DNA of 64,000 nucleotides from assembly GCA_964516975.1 (NCBI GenBank), contig CAZFAS010000002.1, forward strand, positions 4,818 to 68,817. Reading direction: 5' to 3'. Below are positions 58,720-64,000 of the stretch, piece after piece; the first letter of the stretch is position 1; each line of letters begins with the position of its first letter. The position numbers and the translations under genes are program-made. Below the pieces are notes generated by a model that worked only from the letters and a program-made list of their open reading frames with translations, made no database searches and was not told the origin of the DNA. The DNA is from an uncultured Candidatus Saccharibacteria bacterium. GTDB taxonomy: Bacteria; Patescibacteriota; Minisyncoccia; Phycocordibacterales; Zambryskibacteraceae.

Positions 58720-59160
58720 ATGCAATTACATACAATAAAAAGAAAAAATAAGAATAAGAAAAGTCCTGCTGTAGGACGTGGTGGAAAGCGTGGAAAAACA
58801 TCTGGAAAGGGAACAAAGGGCCAGAACGCACGTTCTGGAAGAAAAAAGCGCCCAGAAATGAGAGATGTAATCAAGCGTTTCCCTAAACTTAGAGGACGAG
58901 GAAAAAATAGTAACAAAACTATTCAAAACAGTTCCGTGCCTGTAAATCTTACTCGACTTGAAGCTACATTCGATGCAGGAAGTATTGTATCTCCAAAAAC
59001 TCTTATTGAAAAAGGTGTAGTAAAAAGTCAGAAGGGAGCTTATCCAAAGGTAAAAATTCTCGGAGACGGAGAAATTACTAAGAAACTCACTATTGTTGAT
59101 TGCGCAGTATCTCTCAGTGCTAAAGAGAAGATTGAGAAGGCAGGTGGCAGTGTGAAGTAA
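58720..59160 (+). CDS. rplO: 50S ribosomal protein L15
   Basis: VGRGGKRGKTSGKGTKGQ.AR, VKILG.G, KIEKAGG. Confidence 0.96.
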   Translation: MQLHTIKRKNKNKKSPAVGRGGKRGKTSGKGTKGQNARSGRKKRPEMRDVIKRFPKLRGRGKNSNKTIQNSSVPVNLTRLEATFDAGSIVSPKTLIEKGVVKSQKGAYPKVKILGDGEITKKLTIVDCAVSLSAKEKIEKAGGSVK

Positions 59161-59179
59161 GATATAACATACTATATAG

Positions 59180-60451
59180 ATGAAAACTTTTTTTGAGAAA
59201 ATACGATTGGTGTTTAGCGACAGGGTTCTCAGAAAGCGAATCCTCTTTACACTAGGGGCTCTTGTGCTTTTCCGTTTACTTGCAACAATTCCAGTTCCTG
59301 GAATCGACGCAAGTAGAATCGCAAGCTTCTTTTCATCAAACCAACTTTTCGGTTTGATTAACCTTTTTTCTGGAGGTGGATTTTCAAATCTTTCTATTAT
59401 CATGCTTGGTGTAGGGCCGTATATTACTGCGTCTATCATCATGCAGCTCCTCACAATCATTTTCCCAAAGCTTAAGGCTATGTATCAGGATGAAGGGGAC
59501 ATAGGAAGAAAGAAGTTTGCTCAATATGGAAGAATTCTTACTGTTCCACTCGCAGTCTTTCAAGGGTTCGCATTCCTCACATTGCTTACACGACAAAATG
59601 TTATCGGCCAACTTAGTGGTTTTGAAACAATCGTAAATATCGCAATCATTACTGCGGGATCGATGCTCCTCATGTGGATCGGAGAGCTCATTACAGAATT
59701 TGGAATTGGAAATGGTACATCACTCATCATCTTCTCAGGTATCGTGACGAGACTCCCACAGTCTATCGGTCAGCTATTCTATACATTTGATGTTTCTCAG
59801 ATTCCACTCTATATCGCATTCGTAGTAGCAGCAATTGTTATTATCTACGCTGTGGTTGTTATTACTGAAGCAGAACGACCAATACCAGTAACATATGCAA
59901 AGAGAGTTCGTGGTGCAAAAGTGTACGGCGGTCTTTCAACATACTTACCACTTCGAGTGAATCAGGCAGGAGTTATTCCAATTATCTTCGCACTTTCGAT
60001 CCTCCTTTTCCCTCAGCTTATCTTTAGTTTCCTTTCAAATATTGATAATGCGACACTGCAGACTGTTTCAAAGTTTGTACTCAAAGTTATTGCAAATCAG
60101 TGGTTCTACGCTATCGCGTACTTCTTCTTGGTATTTGTTTTCACATATTTCTATACTGCAGTTACATTCGATCCACATATGATTGCAACAAATCTCCAGA
60201 AGAACGGGGCGTTTATCCCAGGAGTACGACCAGGAGAATCAACATCTGAGCACATCTCAAATATCCTCACACGCCTCACACTTGTGGGAGCACTCTTCCT
60301 CGGAGTGATCGCAGTATTGCCACTTATTATGAGAGCAATCACGGGTATTCAATCTCTTGCTATCGGAGGAACAGCACTCCTCATCGTGGTGTCTGTGGTT
60401 ATTGATCTCATTAAGAAAATTGAAGCGCAGGTTTCGATTCGAGAGTACTAA
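59180..60451 (+). CDS. secY: Preprotein translocase subunit SecY
   Basis: LGVGPYITASII, GIGNG.S, AGVIPIIFA, IPGVRPG, GGTALLIVV. Confidence 0.98.
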   Translation: MKTFFEKIRLVFSDRVLRKRILFTLGALVLFRLLATIPVPGIDASRIASFFSSNQLFGLINLFSGGGFSNLSIIMLGVGPYITASIIMQLLTIIFPKLKAMYQDEGDIGRKKFAQYGRILTVPLAVFQGFAFLTLLTRQNVIGQLSGFETIVNIAIITAGSMLLMWIGELITEFGIGNGTSLIIFSGIVTRLPQSIGQLFYTFDVSQIPLYIAFVVAAIVIIYAVVVITEAERPIPVTYAKRVRGAKVYGGLSTYLPLRVNQAGVIPIIFALSILLFPQLIFSFLSNIDNATLQTVSKFVLKVIANQWFYAIAYFFLVFVFTYFYTAVTFDPHMIATNLQKNGAFIPGVRPGESTSEHISNILTRLTLVGALFLGVIAVLPLIMRAITGIQSLAIGGTALLIVVSVVIDLIKKIEAQVSIREY

Positions 60452-60545
60452 TATCTATTTACAAAAAATGCCACGGAAGTGGCATTTTTTGTATCCTCTA
60501 GCATTTACCTCCTAAAAGCTATATTCTGATAGCAATATACACATT

Positions 60546-61136
60546 ATGAATTCATATATATTTATTGGGCGTTCTGGGTGTGGTAAGGGGACGCAGGCAG
60601 AATTATTAAAGAAATATCTTGAGGAAAAGGGCAGGTCACTCCTTTATATTGAAACTGGGGACGAATTTCGCCATTACATAACAGGAAGTAATTATTCAAA
60701 CCAACGATCAAATGAGGCATATCAGAGAGATGAACGACAGCCAGATTTTCTCGCATGTTATATGTGGACGAAGGTATTGTCACAGGAGTTTAAAGGTTCT
60801 GAGGACGTTATGTTTGATGGAACACCACGATCTCTTCTTGAAGCAAAAGTGCTTGAAACCGCAATAGATTTTTTCCACTTTGATACACGGTTCATTATTA
60901 ATCTCGATGTTTCGAAGGATTGGTCTCGAGAGCGACTCTTAGCAAGAGGGAGATCGGATGACGCGACACTTACGAAGATCGATAAACGTCTTGCATGGTA
61001 TGAAAAGGATGCTCTTCCAGCGGTAGAGTATTTTAAGGATTCTCCTGCATTCCAATTTTGTAATATTAATGGCGAGCAGACTGTTGAACTGGTTCATGCA
61101 GATATAGTAGCTTGTATAGAACCGCATCTTTCATAA
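60546..61136 (+). CDS. adk: Adenylate kinase-like nucleoside monophosphate kinase (short LID)
   Basis: GRSGCGKGTQ, FDGTPR, RGRSDD; position after secY. Confidence 0.85.
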   Translation: MNSYIFIGRSGCGKGTQAELLKKYLEEKGRSLLYIETGDEFRHYITGSNYSNQRSNEAYQRDERQPDFLACYMWTKVLSQEFKGSEDVMFDGTPRSLLEAKVLETAIDFFHFDTRFIINLDVSKDWSRERLLARGRSDDATLTKIDKRLAWYEKDALPAVEYFKDSPAFQFCNINGEQTVELVHADIVACIEPHLS

Positions 61137-61137
61137 T

Positions 61138-61911
61138 ATGTCGATATTACTCAAATCTGTCGAAGAGTTTGAAATTTTAAAGGTGGGTGGAGAGCGTCAC
61201 GCGCGGATTTTGCGTGAACTTCGAGATATGGTTGCACCTGGGATGAGTACTTTTGAGCTTGAACAATACGCACAGAAGAGGATTAAAGAGTATGGTGACG
61301 CTGCATCTTTTCATCACTACAAACCAGAAGGTGCTAAACGTCCATATCCCGCAGCACTCTGTGTTTCTATCAATGAAGAAATCGTCCACGGCATTCCCAA
61401 TGAAGATCCAAAAATTTTAAAAGATGGAGATATTGTAAGTATTGATCTCGGGCTCACTCATGAAGGGCTTATAACTGACGCTGCACTGACTGTTGCAGTA
61501 GGGAATGTGACAGTCATTGAAAAAGAATTAATTCGTGCAACTCGTGAAGCGCTCGATGCGGGGATTATGCAAGCGAAAGGGGGAAATACTATCGGTGATA
61601 TTGGTTTTGCGATTGAGTCAGTAGCAAAAAAATATGGTTTCGCATTAGCTGAGGGACTTTCTGGCCATGGTGTCGGGTATGATGTGCATGAAGATCCATA
61701 TGTTCCTAATTCTGGAAAGCAAGGAAAGGGTGAGAAGCTTGTACCAGGGATGGTGATCGCGATCGAGCCGATGCTTGTACTTGGGAAGGGGGATATCGTC
61801 CTAGCAAAAGATGGGTATACGTTCAAAACAAAAGATGGAAAAAAGAGTACCCATTTTGAACATACAGTGGGAATTACCGAAGGAGATCCGATAGTATTTA
61901 CTCGATTATAA
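61138..61911 (+). CDS. map: Methionine aminopeptidase type I
   Basis: SINEEIVHGIP, GHGVG..HEDP, AIEPM, HFEHT. Confidence 0.96.
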   Translation: MSILLKSVEEFEILKVGGERHARILRELRDMVAPGMSTFELEQYAQKRIKEYGDAASFHHYKPEGAKRPYPAALCVSINEEIVHGIPNEDPKILKDGDIVSIDLGLTHEGLITDAALTVAVGNVTVIEKELIRATREALDAGIMQAKGGNTIGDIGFAIESVAKKYGFALAEGLSGHGVGYDVHEDPYVPNSGKQGKGEKLVPGMVIAIEPMLVLGKGDIVLAKDGYTFKTKDGKKSTHFEHTVGITEGDPIVFTRL

Positions 61912-61967
61912 TTCTATTGAAATAGGTAAGGGAGTGTAGTAGTGTTGTTGTCTAATATATATTTACC

Positions 61968-62567
61968 ATGAAACCACAAAAAGAAAGGACATTTGTTTTG
62001 ATTAAGCATGATGGGGTACAGCGAACACTTATTGGTGAAATTATAAATCGGCTTGAGAGAACTGGCTTGAAAATTGTAGCAATGAAGATGTTTGTTCCAG
62101 ACAGAGAGCGAGCAGTCGTGCATTACGGTAAGGATGATGCATGGTGCGAGAAAGTCGGCTCACGAACAATTGAAAATATGGGGAAGATGGGTTTGAAGCC
62201 TGAAAAAACTGCAGTGGAGTATGGCAGGGATGTGGTTGAGGCGCTCCTTTCGTACATTACTCTAGGTCCCGTAGTTGCTATGGTTATAGAGGGAAACCAG
62301 TCAGTTGGAATTGTGAAAAAGCTCGTTGGAGGTACAGAACCACTTACTTCCGATGTGGGAACAATCCGAGGTGATCTTACTGTTGATTCATATGATAATG
62401 CAAACGTAGGGGGAAGAGCGGTGCGAAATCTCATACACTGTACTGATAAGCCAGAAGAAGCTCAAAGAGAAATCGATATCTGGTTTAAACCGGAAGAAAT
62501 TATTAATTACAATCTCGTACAAGAAAAGATTCTGTACGATGTAAACATCGATGGTATCCTCGAGTAA
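61968..62567 (+). CDS. ndk: Nucleoside-diphosphate kinase
   Basis: ERTFVLIKHDGV.R.LIGEII.R, GTIRGD, NLIH. Confidence 0.93.
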   Translation: MKPQKERTFVLIKHDGVQRTLIGEIINRLERTGLKIVAMKMFVPDRERAVVHYGKDDAWCEKVGSRTIENMGKMGLKPEKTAVEYGRDVVEALLSYITLGPVVAMVIEGNQSVGIVKKLVGGTEPLTSDVGTIRGDLTVDSYDNANVGGRAVRNLIHCTDKPEEAQREIDIWFKPEEIINYNLVQEKILYDVNIDGILE

Positions 62568-62604
62568 TAAAAAACCCTCATTTATGAGGGTTTTTTATTA
62601 CTCG
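62560..62604 (+). terminator. Long-IR terminator after ndk
   Basis: cgagtaataaaaaaccctca-ttta-tgagggttttttattactcg. Confidence 0.75.
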
Positions 62605-62681
62605 GACTTCATACTTCTAAATTTTGTATTCTAATTTACTATGCACCTTTTTTTCTTTTTTGAGGGGAATATAATACGGGT

Positions 62682-62857
62682 AGGGTTATTTGGCATATTA
62701 TCTAGATTAAATCATTTTTCAGGGAGTTCAAAAGCAATGTTTTCTGTGAGCCTCACGGTTCTAACGAATCCATTTGAGAACACCCACCTAGTATATTACT
62801 AGGGCAATATGTCCAAGTAGCCCACATTAAGATACCCACCTCGCGTGGGTGTTTTAA
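62682..62857 (+). ncRNA. Candidate 6S RNA
   Basis: TATAAT at 62670; rod with closing stem GGGTTATTTGG-CATATT / AATATG-CCAAGTAGCCC, central bubble, inner stem; terminator 62827-62857. Confidence 0.6.
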
Positions 62858-62885
62858 TTTAGTGTTGCTATAATGATGTTCATAT

Positions 62886-63278
62886 ATGAATACGAAAGTG
62901 CTGATTCCTATCTTTATCTCTGCGATACTTGTTCTCATCTTGCACCTTATCGCTATCGCAGAACATCTCTATTGGAAGTATTGGTGGTATGACAATATCG
63001 TCCATTTTCTTGGAGGCATTACCATTTCACTTGTTGTTTTATTTTATTTAGAACGTTTCCAGTTTTTAAAAAATACTTCTGAGCTTGGATATATGGGATT
63101 CGGCTGTCTTGGGGCACTCATCGTTTCACTTTTGTGGGAATTTTTCGAATATAGTGCGGGAGTTTCTTTTGTAACAGCAAATAGTTTTGTGCTCGATACG
63201 GTTCTTGATATTTCGACGGGATTTATCGGAGCTTGGTGTGCCAGTATGTATGCATATGCAATGAGAAAAACACAATGA
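62886..63278 (+). CDS. Integral membrane protein (VanZ/DUF2238-like)
   Basis: 4 TM; WYD.IVHFLGG, LWEFFEY, DT..D motifs. Confidence 0.75.
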   Translation: MNTKVLIPIFISAILVLILHLIAIAEHLYWKYWWYDNIVHFLGGITISLVVLFYLERFQFLKNTSELGYMGFGCLGALIVSLLWEFFEYSAGVSFVTANSFVLDTVLDISTGFIGAWCASMYAYAMRKTQ

Positions 63279-64000
63279 ACAATATAAACATTACATTTTA
63301 TGGTGGGGTTGGGAGCGTAACGGGGGCAAATTTCCTAGTTGAAGGAAATAATTTTCGTTTCCTCGTTGATTGTGGATTGGTACAGGGTAGTGTTGGTGCA
63401 GATGAAGAGAATAAAAAATCATTCGAATATGATCCTGGGGGTATAGATTACCTTTTTATTACACACGCACACATTGATCACATTGGTAGAATCCCGAAGC
63501 TTGTGCATGATGGTTTCCATGGGACAATTTATTCAACTCCAGAAACAAAGGAGATCGCAGAGCTTATGCTAACAGATGCTGCACATATTATGGATATGGA
63601 GTCGAGAAGCTCAGGAACTCTTCCTCTCTATAGTCCACACGATGTGACAACCACGTTTACGCTATGGAAGACAATCCCATACCACTCTCAAGTTGATATT
63701 CAAGGAAAATTTAGTGTTTTTTTGAAGGATGCAGGTCATATCTTAGGATCCTCGATGTATATATTCACTTTAGGAAGTGGGGAAGGTGAGAGTAAAAAGA
63801 TTTTGTTTACGGGTGATTTAGGAAATTCACCGTCAATTCTACTCCCTGATACTGAGTTTGTGGATGATGTGAATTATATTGTTATGGATAGCGTGTATGG
63901 TGATAGAAATCATGAATCAAAAGATGAACGTGACGAGCGATTTAAGGAAGTTTTACTCGATACAATTACTCGGAGGGCGACACTGGTGATCCCCGCTTTC
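63275..64000 (+). CDS. MBL-fold beta-CASP RNA-processing hydrolase (partial, runs off window)
   Basis: FYGGVGSVTGANFL, VDCG, THAHIDHIG, AGHILGS, FTGDLG, DSVYGDRNH; no stop in window. Confidence 0.92.
   Translation, partial: MNNINITFYGGVGSVTGANFLVEGNNFRFLVDCGLVQGSVGADEENKKSFEYDPGGIDYLFITHAHIDHIGRIPKLVHDGFHGTIYSTPETKEIAELMLTDAAHIMDMESRSSGTLPLYSPHDVTTTFTLWKTIPYHSQVDIQGKFSVFLKDAGHILGSSMYIFTLGSGEGESKKILFTGDLGNSPSILLPDTEFVDDVNYIVMDSVYGDRNHESKDERDERFKEVLLDTITRRATLVIPAF

Noticed and set aside
58726-59460. 244-aa and other long antisense or alternative-frame ORFs (e.g. 2568-2993, 18851-19396, 32163-32747, 23893-24435)
   Set aside because: Shadows of well-supported genes; no motifs.
62753-62938. 61-aa minus-strand ORF
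   Set aside because: Antisense to the 6S-like RNA and the next gene.

Overview
Core-genome window of a small-genome bacterium, most consistent with Patescibacteria/CPR (Parcubacteria-like). Supporting signs are rpmD (L30) missing between rpsE and rplO, a trigger factor without its PPIase domain, AT-rich SD-less leaders on core genes, and a type IV pilus/competence gene set. Standard code 11 fits all ORFs. The left third (mostly minus strand) holds comM, dksA-like, rpsO, a Xer recombinase, xth, cca, four tRNAs (Arg-UCG, Gly-UCC, Pro-UGG, Gly-GCC), a parS cluster overlapping yraN, mutY, HU, rny, clpP, rsmE, tig, ppa and nusA. The middle holds a metzincin lipoprotein, a large Ig/FN3/PKD surface protein, pilB-pilC-minor pilins, tpiA, pgk, recJ, rnhA, a split comEC, SOD and a two-component pair. 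The right part holds the str, S10 and spc clusters through secY-adk-map, then ndk and a partial beta-CASP MBL gene. The most notable unexplained structures are: (1) small structured elements attached to the 3' ends of three tRNA genes, built from antisense and sense copies of the tRNA 3' end around a core, two of them sharing a covarying fold; (2) self-contained single-gene cassettes with their own promoter, SD and terminator, one flanked by a duplicated terminator; (3) three candidate structured RNAs (6S-like after ndk, an orphan between xth and cca, and the rny leader). No CRISPR array, rRNA, IS element or prophage was seen. All calls are from reading the sequence by eye; no searches or folding programs were run.
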